A DNA stretch of 64,000 nucleotides, from the NCBI RefSeq assembly GCF_018350175.1, contig NC_058368.1:160520001-160584000 (forward strand), written 5' to 3'. This DNA comes from Felis catus (lineage: Eukaryota). The notes under the pieces were generated by a model. It did no database searches, had not been told where the DNA came from, and was given only the letters and a program-made list of their open reading frames with translations. The position numbers and the translations under genes are program-made. Of the stretch, positions 27,123 to 39,327 are shown piece by piece; within the stretch, counting starts at the first letter, position 1, and each line of letters opens with the position of its first letter.

Positions 27123-27220
27123 TAAAATAAGTCTTCTTCAACTATTTTAAAGGACCTTTCTTTGTTTTGATGTTTTCTGCTACCACATATTACCCAAGAT
27201 GTAGTTTATTTATGATTACT

Positions 27221-27265
<45 letters not shown>

Positions 27266-27361
27266 AAACTTTAAAATAAGTCTTCTTCAAATAATTTAAA
27301 GGATCTTTCTTTGTTTTTGATGTTCTCTGCTACCACATATTACCCAAGATGTAGTTTATTT
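27087..27361. repeat. Tandem duplication (copies 27087-27211 and 27214-27361) with a (TAAA)n expansion in copy 2
   Basis: Both copies run GATTACTTAAAAATAAA...TTTAAAATAAGTCTTCTTCAA...GCTACCACATATTACCCAAGATGTAGTTTATTT, with a few substitutions between them. Confidence 0.95.
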
Positions 27362-28720
27362 GCGTTAATACCTCTGATCAACCTTTTGATTCAATAGCTC
27401 AGGAAGGTAATTTATGTTACTCTGGTTGAAACTGAGGTGAAGAGCATCCCATATATATGCAGCCATGGCTCTTATGTAGCTTGATTTAACAACCTCATGA
27501 GGATAGCTCCTAGGTACCAGTGTCACTGCCATTATTGATGGTAGAATCAGATACAGCAGAGGGTAGATTAATGCTTTGTAAGAGAGATCGTTAAACTTCA
27601 ACTCATTAGGAATGATTTTTAAAAGTTCATACATTTAAGGGACTGGGCTGGTTTTGATGATGAAGTTTCATGAACAGGACTCTGGCCTATGAGTAACTTA
27701 CATTTAAAAGGGTAAATCAGAGTTTTCATTTACAGTGTAAAAGCAAAATATATATATATATATATGATTCAAGAGAAATGAGCTAATCTTCCTTTAGTTG
27801 GGATATTGGTTTATAAATGTTATTCTCCAATTCAAAGTTTCATTCCTCTCTAGAAATATCTAGTGCTTGTTCCCCAAAGTCGAAGTGCCTGTTAAAACTC
27901 CCACTGCAATTTATAAACCAGAGTTTTAAGCAATCCAAGTCATTTTATATATTTATCTCTCTTTGGCAGTTCTAACAGCTAAAGACTTAGTACCAGCTAT
28001 GAATTTCATTACTGTAATTTTACTCCCATTCCAAATCATTAATATTGATGCTAAATAAATGATAGTGTTATCCATGCTAAATAATATTATTCTAAACTGC
28101 TTAGAAAAAAAGGAAGTACTCTCACAATTTTTCTTATTACTTTAGGAAAATGAGGAGAAACTGAAATATGACAGCAGAGCTGTAACAGTGGAGTGCTGCC
28201 ATTCTGATTCCCCCCCTAAAATTTGTCACATTTATGAAAACTAGGATTATAGTCTTACCACTGAACATTTTTTTATTCATAAAGTGTCAAGGTAAAATAA
28301 CATTGTTTTTATTCAAGTACTAGTAGAAAACTAGTACAGAAAAAAGGAAGATGTAGTGTACACATTTGTCCCAAACTGACTTTTAAAAATGAATCCATCT
28401 TCAAATTATGGAGTCTGATCAAAATACCTAAACTGCCTCTTTTCCCCACACCATTTATCTTCAACCTGCAGGTCAGTTAGTGTTCACTTATGTTTTAAAA
28501 CACCTCCTTAGATGACTTAATCACTTTGAAGCACAGAGAAAATATATGAGGAAATCCAGTTAGGTAGGAGAATGGCTTGCGATGATACACACACACACTT
28601 ATTTCATTCTTCTTCGCTTTCTGTGGGGTTGTATGTATTTTGTTGTTGTTGTTGTTTTGCTTTTGGCAAACATTGTCTAGTGATTGATTCCTATGTGTTT
28701 TTTTAAAAACCTCTTTATTG

Positions 28721-28920
28721 GTGTGCCTTGGTGGCTCAGCCAGTTGAGCATCGACTCTTGATTTCAGCTCAACTCATGATCCCAAGGGTTGCGACATCGA
28801 GCCCCCAACTGGGCTCTGCGCTGATCTTGGAGCCTTCTTAAGAGTCTTTCTCTCTTCCTCTGCCCCTTTCCCCTGCTTGTGCTCTCTCTCTCTAAAAATA
28901 GAAAAAGTAAAAAAATAAAA
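28721..28920 (+). mobile_element. CanSINE with TSD, inserted at the tail of an antisense L1
   Basis: SINE body flanked by TAAAAACC(T/A)CTTTATTG at 28704-28720 and 28921-28937. Confidence 0.93.
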
Positions 28921-28929
28921 TAAAAACCA

Positions 28930-29893
28930 CTTTATTGATACATATACAAAAAGCTGTCACTACATGATGTATACAACATGATGTTTGGAATATATTGGTC
29001 TACATCTGTGAAATCATTACCACTATCAATTCTGTAAAATTATCCATAACCTCCCAAAATGTCATCCCACTCCCCTTGCTTTTTTTCCTTTGTGATTAGA
29101 CAACCTAGCATAAGATCTGTTTAATAAATATAGTATAAATTCATTAAGTATAAATAAAGTATACAATTCATTATTATTAACCATAGACACTTAGTTTCAC
29201 AATAGATGTCCAGAACTTACTCACTTTGTCTAACTGAACTTTGTACCCTTTGACTATCACCTACTCATTACCCCTGCCCCCAGCCCCTGGTAACCACCAT
29301 TCTCCTCTTTGCTTCTATGAGTTTGACTTAGATTCCATATATGAGATCATGCAGTATTTGGCTTTTTTTTTTAAAGTCAGTGTTTAAAAAAAGTGCATTC
29401 TGAGATCCAAATTTCAATTTCTTTGGATTTATACCCAGAAAGTGGGATTGCTGGATCATATGGTAGGATTATTTTTAACTTTTTGAGTTAGTTTCATACT
29501 CATTTTCATAATAACTATAATAACTTATGTTCCCATCAATAACATAAAAGGGTTCTCTTTTTTGTACATCCTCACCAGCATTTATTATCTTTTGTTATCT
29601 GATAATACCTATCTTGACAGGTGTAAGATGATATCTTATTGTGGTTTTGAGTGCATTCCCCTTAATGATTAGTGATGCTAAGCAGCTTTTCACGTACCTA
29701 CTAGCCATTTGTATTTCTTATTTGGAGAAATACCTGGTCAGGTCCTTTGCCCATTTTCAGTTGGGTTATTCTTTTGTTATTGAGTTGTAGGAGTTTCTTA
29801 TGTACTTTGGATATTAATCTATATGAGATGTATGCACTGCAAACATTTTCTTCCATTCAGTAATTTGCTTTTTCATTTTGCTCATTTTGTTGG
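28930..29893 (-). mobile_element. L1MA-like LINE-1 3' part (3' UTR and ORF2 end)
   Basis: Antisense hallmarks 'CAGCCCCTGGTAACCACCATTCT', 'GTGGGATTGCTGGATCATATGGTAG', 'CATCCTCACCAGCATT'. Confidence 0.9.
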
Positions 29894-30213
29894 GTGGTGT
29901 GACTCCAGCTCGGTACTTGAGTGGAAAAGAGTGTCTCTGGGACATGATTGAGTGGGGCTCGAGCTGAGTCAGAGGGCTGCTTCCATATCACAGCTGTAGT
30001 CAGGTCTGTGTTCAGCTTGCCTGCTACCAGGAAGCAGGCCTGCTGTCTTAAAACCACAGTTCTTGGTCTTGGGCTCCACCAGGATACTTCATCCTCTTAG
30101 CTGGATCCCAAAGCTCCCACAATTGCACTTTTGTCAGGAATGACTGCTGACTCAATGCTTTTGCAAGGGATGAGGGCTGAGACCTCCTATTCCATTATTT
30201 TGCTGGCCTCATC
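29894..30213 (-). mobile_element. Probable L1M 5' terminus joined directly to the 3' fragment
   Basis: 'GATGAGGGCTGAGACCTCCTATTCCATTATTTTGCTGGCCTCA' resembles the recalled antisense L1MA 5' end (...CCTATTCCGCCATCTTGCTGACGTCA). Confidence 0.6.
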
Positions 30214-31046
30214 TTTTTGCTTCTTCTTATAGCATTCTGATTAATTTCTTTTGCACAAGGGGATGTAGAAAGGATTTGGACTTCATGATGGTTACACTTA
30301 CATTCTTATCCTGATTCTGCAGTGTGTTGAGAGATGAGACAATCTGCAGGTTCTTTGATTTCTTTGCATTTTGCTTCATATGATAGGAAGAGATCATAAA
30401 TCTCACAGCATGCAGACTTTTTACAAATGGTAAGTTTGCTACAATATTAGTTCACTCCTTTGCTTTGCTTGCTTTCTTCCTATTAGAATGTGAGTCCCAT
30501 GTCTTATTTATTAGTACATAGTCATGATCTATCACAATGTATGGGACATTGTAGCTTTTTATAGAATGTTTGTTGAATAAATAAATGGCATGCTAGTCAA
30601 CATGTTCATACTCCTACATCCCAGGAATTTACTCTGACATGTTCCTATTAGCAGCCATTGGGTCTCTACTAAACAATCATAGGCCTATCTAGACACTTAC
30701 CTTAGGAATGTTAGAGATGTAACTCACACTTGCTTTAATAGGTTGCAGAGATGAATATTAAAGTGATGAGGTTTCCAAAGGAAAAAACCCTAGAAAGAAA
30801 ATTAATGCTAATTATGTATGTACTTTCAGAGGCAGGAGAAAGTGTTAGAACGAAACTCATGATTGTTCATGATTTTCTAAATGCAAAGAAATGAGAGAAT
30901 ATTATGTCCTGAAAAAGTGTCCTTAAATTTATTAATGTGGAGCTGATTAATGAGCACAGTGCTTAATATCATAGCTGTAGAAGAAATCATGGGGTAAATA
31001 AAAACATATACTGTTTTTTTGTAGGTGTTAAATTTATGGAAGTCTT

Positions 31047-31266
31047 GGGGTGCTTGGATGGCTCAGTTGGTTAAGCAACCGACTCTTGATTTTGGCTCAA
31101 GTCATAATCTCACAGTCATGGGATCGAGTCCCATGTCAGGCTCCATGATGAGCATGCAGTCGGTTTAGGATTCTCTCTCTCCCTCTCTTTTTCTGTCCCT
31201 CCCCTGCATACATGCATGCATGTGCTCTCCTTCTCTCAAATTAACTTAATAAAACTTAAAAAAAAG
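31047..31266 (+). mobile_element. CanSINE with 17-bp TSD
   Basis: AAATTTATGGAAG(T/A)CTT at 31030-31046 and 31267-31283 flanks a full SINE. Confidence 0.95.
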
Positions 31267-32059
31267 AAATTTATGGAAGACTTTATGAAGAGATAAACAA
31301 TAACAATAAGTTGAATAAGAATAACAATAACAATAACAGTAAGATTCAAATATTTAAAGTATTGCATGACATAACCCTATAAAATATTTTAATGTGTGCA
31401 ATGTACTGTGAAAATATTTTAAAATGATTCAGTTATTTGATGATCGATTATTTTTTAATGTTAAGAAAGCAGAAAGAGTTGCTCTAAAACTCAAGTTTAA
31501 AACACAAATTGTTTGGACTGTCTGAATATAAATTTCAGTCTTTGAAATTATTATTAAAAATTACTTTATTCCAAAGAACCCTTTAAGCAAGACAATGTGT
31601 TTAAGCTTTTTCAGTAACAGATTTCTGTAATTAGTCACCTTTATCTCTAGATTTTCTCCAAAATGAACTTTACACTCTAGTTAAAGTATATTTGGTTGCT
31701 GTTTCCTTACCTAATTTCATTTCTTTCTCTCTACAATCTATTGTTCTTTATTCTTTACTAGCATTCTCTGAACATTAGTTTTGTTCTGGACTCTTCTTCA
31801 CCATCCATTCCACAATTACCCAGAGGAAATGGGTAACATTCAACTTTATTTACAAACCCTGCAAGCCTAAAGTGATGCAGGGGATAGAAATTGAGGGCTG
31901 TAACTATACATCCCATCAAGTAGAGATTCACATGCAGTTTGTAACTTGAGACTAATTCCTTACTGATCATTTCATGGACATTCTCACAATTGTTAAGTTC
32001 TCAATCTTTCACAAATATGGAAATCTCTTTATTGTCCAATTTCTTTTGAACCCATAGGC

Positions 32060-32578
32060 TGTTAAAGAAAAGAATGTGTTAGGCAGAGTTAAACCGGCAA
32101 GAAAGAATTTATTCAAGACTATAGCTTTGGGAAGATTGAACTCAGCTCCACTCAGACAAAAGGTGGGAGAGATTCCATTAGTTGGGATGAGTCAGTGGAA
32201 AGTAGTAGAGGAGGTTAGGGGCATCATTGGTCAATGTGGTTAAGCTGTCTGTATTTGCTAGTTATTGATTATCTAAGGCACCTATCCTCTCATGGAGACT
32301 GGGAGACAGGGTCTCTATCTTATTAGATTATTGTATTTCAAAGGGATGGCTCCCTGATCTTTGAAAATGGTATGCCTTGGTTGTAAAACTGGTGAGAGGC
32401 TGGGAGATGATTTATCTACATTTCAAAGGGATAGAAAAAAAATTGCAGTTATAAGCTTTCTAAAGTAAATGCTCTAAGGAAAGAATGGTCAGAGGCTTGT
32501 AGTCAGGGGGAAAAAAAAACAAAAAACAAAAATAAGTCCAATGTGTAGTGAAGCTGCACAGGAAGGCCATCTTGGTCA
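32060..32578 (-). mobile_element. ERV1-class solo LTR (MER101-like)
   Basis: TG...CA termini with a 4-bp direct repeat AGGC (32056-32059 and 32579-32582), as expected for ERV1; antisense poly(A) signal in 'TTTATTCAAGACTA'. Confidence 0.8.
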
Positions 32579-33172
32579 AGGCCATGCCAGTCGTCCATTG
32601 CAAAACTCCACTAGTATAGGGACATTAATATATTCCTGGTAAAATGCCTTGCACAGTACCTGACAAAAGGAAAACATGACTGACTAGATATCCATCAAAT
32701 AGAATTGTTCATTACTGCTTTTTCTGTTTTATGAACAGATTGATTAGAAGAAGCTCTTCCTGCTTTCTCTAAGGAATTGAATAAATGACTCAGAATATTA
32801 TTATTTTTCTGCTACACTTAAAACGGATGTCCATAAGGCTTATTTCCCCCATGAATACAATTTGAAGCCCAGTGTGCACAGGTCAAAGGTTTAGACTCTA
32901 GTGGACTGAATGTTCAGTTTTGATCTGCTTTCATCTAGTTTTTTCTTTGGTTTACTCTCACCTGGGACAATGTGTTTAAGTGCTCAGAACCTCCCTTCCT
33001 TTCCTCTTAGTGGTAACCATCTCTTCTCTTTTCCTCAAAGTAGCATGCTGAACATTGGTTGGTTATTAAAGGATGCCTCAGGTTTTTAGGAGAAAGATGC
33101 CACCTTAATGCCATATTACCAAAGGAAATCTGTAGACATTTCTTTTTAGGCTGTATTGACCTATTTATACCC

Positions 33173-33699
33173 TGTTAGGAGAGGAAAAAAGGTTCCTTTT
33201 ACCTTTTAAGTTCTTGGTTGAGACCTCCCTATAATAAAAGACAGATGAACAGGAGAAAAACAAGCAAAAGTTGGATAACACGTGTGCCTTCTGTTTATAT
33301 GGGAGATGCCTTGGAAAACTGTGTAACTCACAGTGACCCAAGCTACCACATTAAATCCCATCTCCAGCTAAAGACAAAAGGAGATGTTGGGGAGTGAGGA
33401 GACAGTTATGGGATGTTATCAGATAAAGCACAGTAAACAAGGCTAAGATTGTTACACAGATTTAAGCCCATTACTTCTCCATTGAGAAGAATTTCTAGAA
33501 ATGGAGAGTCGTTCTCTTTTCCTGGTACAGAGGAGACACCCTTACAAATGGAGATTCTTTTGTCAATGTCTGACAAAAACAGTAAGTTTTACTTAATTTT
33601 CAGACCTCCTGTGTGTGCTATTTCTTAAAAATAATCAGACTGAAATAATTGTTAGGCCAAAGAAGTATGTTTTGGGGTAACATCTTCTCCCCACCAACA
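33173..33699 (-). mobile_element. ERV1-class solo LTR (MER87-like)
   Basis: TGTT...AACA termini; 'AAAAGACAGATGAACAGGAGAAAAACAA', 'CCCTTACAAATGGAGATT' and 'TTTTGGGGTAACAT' resemble the MER87/MER34 group. No TSD seen. Confidence 0.7.
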
Positions 33700-34639
33700 C
33701 AAATTTTTTATAAACATCTCTTAAGCTTAACAGTTTGTTTATAGTCTCTTTATATTTCTGATTTTAAAGTTATTTAGAAAAGTCAACATATCTATGACTC
33801 CTACCCAGAAATAGCATCTGATATCCTCCCTAAGTGATGTGGAGGGTTGGGATTGGGAGAGATGGAAGAAAAACAAAAACAAAAAACAATTAAACATTGT
33901 ACCATTGTTGCAGGGTACAATCCTCAGTGTTTTAGAAAAATACATTTCAAAGCCTGTTCATTTTTAAATATTACTTAGTATTTGAAGATTAGCCATAGTA
34001 TCACTCCACAATTTCAGCAGCAACTGAAAATTACGTCTGAGACCTTGACTTTTTTTTTTCCACGCAAAAAAACCAGCTGCAAGCATGACACAAAGCATTC
34101 CCAAGGATACAATTAAAGTCAATGGCTTTCTAATGCATTCTTCACTCTTTACAACTATTACACTTCCAGGGCAATATGTTACTTAAAGTAACAATTATCC
34201 TATGATTTGGATTGTTTTATAGTGGCAAGAATATTATTTACATAGAAACCATAAGACAGGGCTATTCGGAGGAAGAGTTTGGAAAAAAGCGAATTTAACT
34301 TTTATTTTCCTTTAGCTACAATTTCAGAAAGGAAACTTAGCTTTTAGTGTTTAGGTTGAAATAAAATGGCAATACTTTACAAGGATATATTAAGTGAAAT
34401 AGGAAATAAAAGATGGAATTCTGCTGCTTGGAAAGGTTATGAATGGTTCCATAGTTCGTATGGAGAGGGTTCTGGAGTTTTCATTTCCATACCTCTCTAG
34501 CAAGTAACTCCAAATGCCCTTCCTTGTTTATACATGACTATTAAACCAGGGAAGGGGAGTTGGAACAACTTTTAGGTTTCTTCCACTTTAAGAACAATAA
34601 TAACGGTCCTGTAGATCTTGTATACTGACAATTTTAGCT

Positions 34640-34810
34640 TGATTATTGCTCAGCACAATCTTGTTAGTTAGGAATATCTGTATCCATATTGTTTACAGTT
34701 TTGGAAACCTAGGCTCTTAGAGATAAGCAACTACCACAAGGTTGTGTGGTTAATTTCAAGCAGGAAGTAAAATGCATACCTGTCTGGCCTTAAAACTAAT
34801 GTTGTTAATT
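34640..34810 (-). mobile_element. MIR relic
   Basis: 'TTTACAGTTTTGGAAACCTAGGCTCTTAGAGATAAGCAACTACCACAAGGTTG' is a degenerate antisense MIR core. Confidence 0.55.
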
Positions 34811-35202
34811 TCTACTCTCTACTACCCTTTTTTTTAAAAAAATCAGAGTGGTGTTTCATGCAGATGGAGTTAGTGATTTTTTTTTTTTTTTGTCAGTATC
34901 ATAGTCCAGCACTATTGTTTGTTTTAATAGAAATTCACTTTTTCCTCTGAGTTAAATACGTAATAGAAAACTTTCATATAAGTGTAACTGTAATAGTAAT
35001 AAAACTAAATATGTGGGTCACATCAACAGCACAAATTATTTTGAAAAGTGCTGGAATATCACAGGAAAACACCAAGAACTCTTCTAGTGCCACATTTTGC
35101 TCAAGGATAGTTGTATTCAAATTAACCCTAATGTGCAGTAGGGTTTGTTGAGAGGTGGCAAATTTCCTTTATGGTGAGAAGTATCGAGAGTAGGTGAATC
35201 TC

Positions 35203-35353
35203 TAGTTTGAGCCCTGCATTGGGCTCTGTGCTGACAGCTCAGACCCTGGACCCTGCTTCAGGTTCTGTGTCTCCCTCTCTCTCTGTCCTTCCATCGCTCT
35301 GTACATCTCTTTCATTCTCAAAAATAAATATTTAAAATAATAATAATAACAAA
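35203..35353 (+). mobile_element. 5'-truncated CanSINE
   Basis: Starts at the B-box 'AGTTTGAGCCCTGCATTGGGCTCTGTGCTGACAGCTCAG'; CT segment and A/TAA tail; flanked by TSD copies 35187-35202 and 35354-35369. Confidence 0.93.
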
Positions 35354-35369
35354 AGAATAGGTGAATCTT

Positions 35370-35573
35370 GGGACCCCTGGGTGGCTCAGTCGGTTAAGCA
35401 TCTGACCCTTGATTTCAGCTCAGGTCATGATCTTGTGGTTCATGAGTTTAAGTCCCACATTGAACTCTGCACTGTTAGCACAGAGTCTGCTTGGGATTCC
35501 GTCTCTCCCTCTCTCTGCCCCTACCCCGTTTTTCTCTCTGTCTCTCAGAATAAATAAATAAACTTAAAAAAGA
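35370..35573 (+). mobile_element. Full-length CanSINE
   Basis: 'GGGACCCCTGGGTGGCTCAGTCGGTTAAG' head; flanked by TSD copies 35354-35369 and 35574-35589. Confidence 0.95.
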
Positions 35574-35659
35574 AGAGTAGGTGAATCTCAGTGGAATTTT
35601 GCTGTTGTGATGTTAAGGAAGACCATTAAAATTAAGACTGCTTCGGAGGTATTGAGTCT

Positions 35660-35771
35660 GGCTCCAGAAATGCAGAATCTCAGATCCCATTCCAAGCATG
35701 CTAAAATATAATCTGCATTTGAGCAATAGTTCTTGGAATTTGCATGTATATTAAGGATTGAGAGGCACTGT
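35660..35771. mobile_element. MER5A-like hAT-Charlie fossil
   Basis: 'AGAAATGCAGAATCTCAG...AATCTGCATTT...TTGAGAGGCACTG' matches the recalled MER5A half element. Confidence 0.65.
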
Positions 35772-36214
35772 CCTCAAGTGGAGGTTCAAGGGAATTTTTC
35801 ACTCATCCTTATGAAGTAATGCTTTCATCCTCAACCAATGATGTTCATCAGAATCATCCCTGAAACTTCAAAAAATACAGTTGGTGTGCTCATTGCTCTT
35901 GAATGGCTTGGGGTATTGGCACATTGCACAGGTATTTTGAGGAAAATCAAACACAACACTGTCAACACAAATACACACATGCACATATGTAAGCACTCCT
36001 CCCAGGAAAAATATATTTTAAAAAGTGTATGGATAATTCGGGTGTGGTCAAAGTTTGAGAAAACTGAGTTAAGTCTACTTGATGCAGAACAGACCATCTT
36101 ATATAAAATTTCCCTCCTGAGAGAGGAATATTTTTATCCCAACATTTACCCTGATGTCATCAATTCTAATTTTGTTGGTCCTTTAAAGTCTGGCAGAATG
36201 CTATATTGTTCTCT

Positions 36215-36441
36215 TCTTTATATATATATGTATATAAAGTTTATTTACTTAGAGACAGAGAGAGAGAGAGAGAGCAAGTGGGGAAGGGGCAGAGAGAGAG
36301 GGAGAGAGAGAGAATCCCAAGCAGGCTCTGTGCTGACACTGCAGAACCAGATGTAGGGCTCGAAATCATGAACCGTGAGATCATGACCTGAGCTGAAATC
36401 AAGAGTCAGACACTTAACTGACTGAGCCATCCAGGAACCCA
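36215..36441 (-). mobile_element. CanSINE
   Basis: Antisense head 'ACTGAGCCATCCAGGAACCC', (GA)n body, TA-expanded tail. Confidence 0.95.
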
Positions 36442-36884
36442 ATGGTATATCATACTTAAAACCCTTTCTCAATACTATTGTTTTCCAAAGTAAAATATTC
36501 TTTGTCTTCTTTAAATTGCAATTCGTTCTTATATGGTATCTCTCCTATGAAACACTTCACATCCTATTTTGTACTATTCACTTATGTATTGTTGTTGATT
36601 TTATACGTTTGATTATCATTAGACTTCCCACAAGACCTAGAAGATTATTTAGAATGTCACATAATTAACATTAAATTTATTGAGAAAACAAATGAATGAG
36701 TAAATAGATGACTAGACAAGGGATAATTATGATGAAAGACTAGTGTAATATAGTCAAATATTGGTTGAACCAGGAGTCACAAAACAGGTGAAACTCCTGT
36801 TCTACTATTAAACCAAGTATGGTTTTGAGTTCACTGAACCTCTCCTTTTTATCAAATCATTTTGTGGGAATATTAGGTAAGTTT

Positions 36885-37028
36885 TTTAAAGACTTTTTTT
36901 TCCCTTTTAAGTAGGCTCCACACTCAGTGTGAAGCCCAGTGCAGGGGTTAAACTCACAACCCTGAGATTAAGACCTGAGCTGAGATAAAGAGTCAGACAC
37001 TTAATCGACTGAGCGACCCATATGCTCC
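36885..37028 (-). mobile_element. Short CanSINE
   Basis: 'CCTGAGATTAAGACCTGAGCTGAGATAAAGAGTCAGACACTTAATCGACTGAGCGACCCA' with a T-rich tail. Confidence 0.9.
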
Positions 37029-37269
37029 TAGAGACTTTTTTAATGCATGTAAAATTTGAAACACAATAGTCAGCTAGTTTATTTTGTTTATTTCGTTTAT
37101 TTACTAAATTCTTCAAGGTTTGAAAGTACCTTTCCTACTATGTTTCAAATTTATTTTTACCTTATAAATCAAGTCATGACATTGTAAATAGTTCTCATTA
37201 ATAATTAGCACAAAGGCATAAAATGTTCAATATCCATATTCTCAAGGTATGGCTGAATTTTATTATATG

Positions 37270-38220
37270 ACCGTGTCAGGTGTCTACACTGTATACCAAA
37301 TTATACAAACTTAGTAACTTAAACAACATATACATGTTATCTCACAGTTCTGTAGGGAAGAAGTCTGGGCAGGGTTTAGCTATTTTCTCTGCTTTAGGGT
37401 ACAAGCTGCTACAGGGTAGGTGTTGGCTGGGACTGCAGTCTGATCAGAGGCTTCACTGGAGAAAGATCTGTTTCCAAGTTTTGTAAGATACTTTACATAT
37501 AACTGACGGAGCCAATTTCACTAAGTTTTGTCCTACTTCATAGCTAGGATCATCCTTCCCTAATGTTCTGATACCATGTTCCTCCCTTCTTTCTGAGCCC
37601 TAACTGGCAGCATCTTCAAAACTCATATTTCTACTAATAGTCTGATCAAATTTATTTTGGTTCTTTTATGCTGATCAAAATTTTTTTTCAGTTTCTTCCC
37701 TCTTCCTGATTCCAAAACATTCCCACATTTTAGTCAGTTATGACATTGTCACCCACTTGTACCAAAATCTGTATTTTCTATTTTTGTATAACCGTTTAGC
37801 ACAAACTTAGCAGTTTAAAACAGCAAATCTGTGTTATCTCGTAGTTTCTGTGGGTCAAGATTCTAGACCTTAATCATCCATCTACCTCTCACTCTTAAAT
37901 CTTCTGGGTCTGCCTGTTGGCTTCTTTTCCTATTTCCTATTTACATGGTATGGGGGCCAAGGTTTTGCCCTTTGATGACCCCCCTATGGCCCTACCCACA
38001 GCAGTCTCTGCCAAAGGGTCAGCTCAGCAAGGATGGCGAGATAGTTTACCTGGGTAGTCTACTCATGGACTCACAAAGGTGCAATCAATTTTTAATTTGG
38101 GCTGCATTCTTATCTAGAGTATCCACTAAGGAATGAATGCCTTTGAAGCTGATTCATGTTGCTGACAATTCATTTTCTTGCTTCTGTGTAACTGAAAACA
38201 CTGGCTTTTTGCTGGCTACG
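37270..38220 (-). mobile_element. Decayed MaLR (MLT1) remnant: LTR part, internal fragment, LTR part
   Basis: Two antisense LTR ends ('CAAACTTAG...AAACA...TTATCTC...AGTT' near 37305 and 37802) bracket MLT-int-like text ending in 'CTTGTACCAAAATC', the typical internal/LTR junction. Confidence 0.7.
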
Positions 38221-38224
38221 AAGA

Positions 38225-38425
38225 GCATTAGGTAGCATAAGACATTGGTAAGCCCCTAAGGGCTAAGAGTCCCCACATGACAGCCAGCAAGAAAATGGAG
38301 ACCTCAGTTCTATAGACAAAGGAGATAAGGTGTGAAAATAATGTGAGGAAACCTGAAAGAAAACTCTTCACCCCTGGAGTTTCTGAGGGGAGCTTACTTT
38401 TGGCCAGTACCTCGATTTCAGTGTT
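38225..38425 (+). mobile_element. MLT1 LTR fragment (MLT1D/E-like), opposite orientation
   Basis: 'ACAGCCAGCAAGAAAATGGAGACCTCAGTTCTA' is a characteristic MLT1 motif. Confidence 0.7.
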
Positions 38426-38544
38426 GTTTGACTGGTAGGATGATAGTGTTTGTGATTACATTTAAATTTTCTGTCATCTTTAATTTGCTACATGAGCAGA
38501 AGCAAGTCATTTATTGCTTCATACTTGGTTTCCTTATACACAGA

Positions 38545-38760
38545 CCAAGGTAATGAGGTAATTAAACACACAGACCCTTTAATCAAAATCCCTGGGTTCA
38601 CGTTCTGTCCTTACCCAGTAATAGTTACTAACTTCTACACACACTGGTTTCTTTCTCTATATAATGCTGCCATATCATAGAGTTGTTGTGAGGATTAAGT
38701 AGGATCCTTTTGTGAAGTCTTTACTTGGGCTACTGGTACATGTTAAATATTTGATGTTGC
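38545..38760 (+). mobile_element. MIR relic
   Basis: 'TCATAGAGTTGTTGTGAGGATTAAGT' MIR 3' motif. Confidence 0.7.
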
Positions 38761-39327
38761 TGTATATTATTAAAATGGGAGGGGGGCATCTTACAGGCCT
38801 TCTTACTTAGGTAAGATTAAGAAACTATGCGTACTTGCTAGAAACCAACATTGTGAATAACAATATTGGATATTTCAAATCTCACAAAAATCTTCCCAAC
38901 CTGAGGTGACAATTATGTTTCTTAATGTCACAGAAACAGGTGATTTTTTAGTATTTTGGTCAAAAAGATTATACTAATTTCAGAAACTACATTAAATCAA
39001 TAAACTTTATTAATTCTCTAGATCTCAGGTGTATTACCCCGTCAGAATGGCAGCTTCTTAAATAAGTTTTAATTTACAGTCTGTTTATTCTTCTCACAGT
39101 TATAAATCCTAAAAATTGCTCAGGAAATAAGGGAAAGGCAGGATTCTGCCATACCTGGGCATCAATTAAAAGCACAATTCTTGATAGCATCTCGCTGGTT
39201 CTAACTTGTAAACTACTTCTTTGTTAATATGATTTTTGTTCTAACCACCATAGTATCTACTTTAAATTCATAATTTCAGTTACACCTTCTCTCTCATATT
39301 TTTTTCTTAAGACTTTTCTTTGCCACC

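Noticed and set aside
35838..36356. Longest ORF in the track (172 aa)
   Set aside because: No recognisable domain; its C-terminus (ERERES...) is antisense SINE (GA)n read-through and there is no splice or promoter support.
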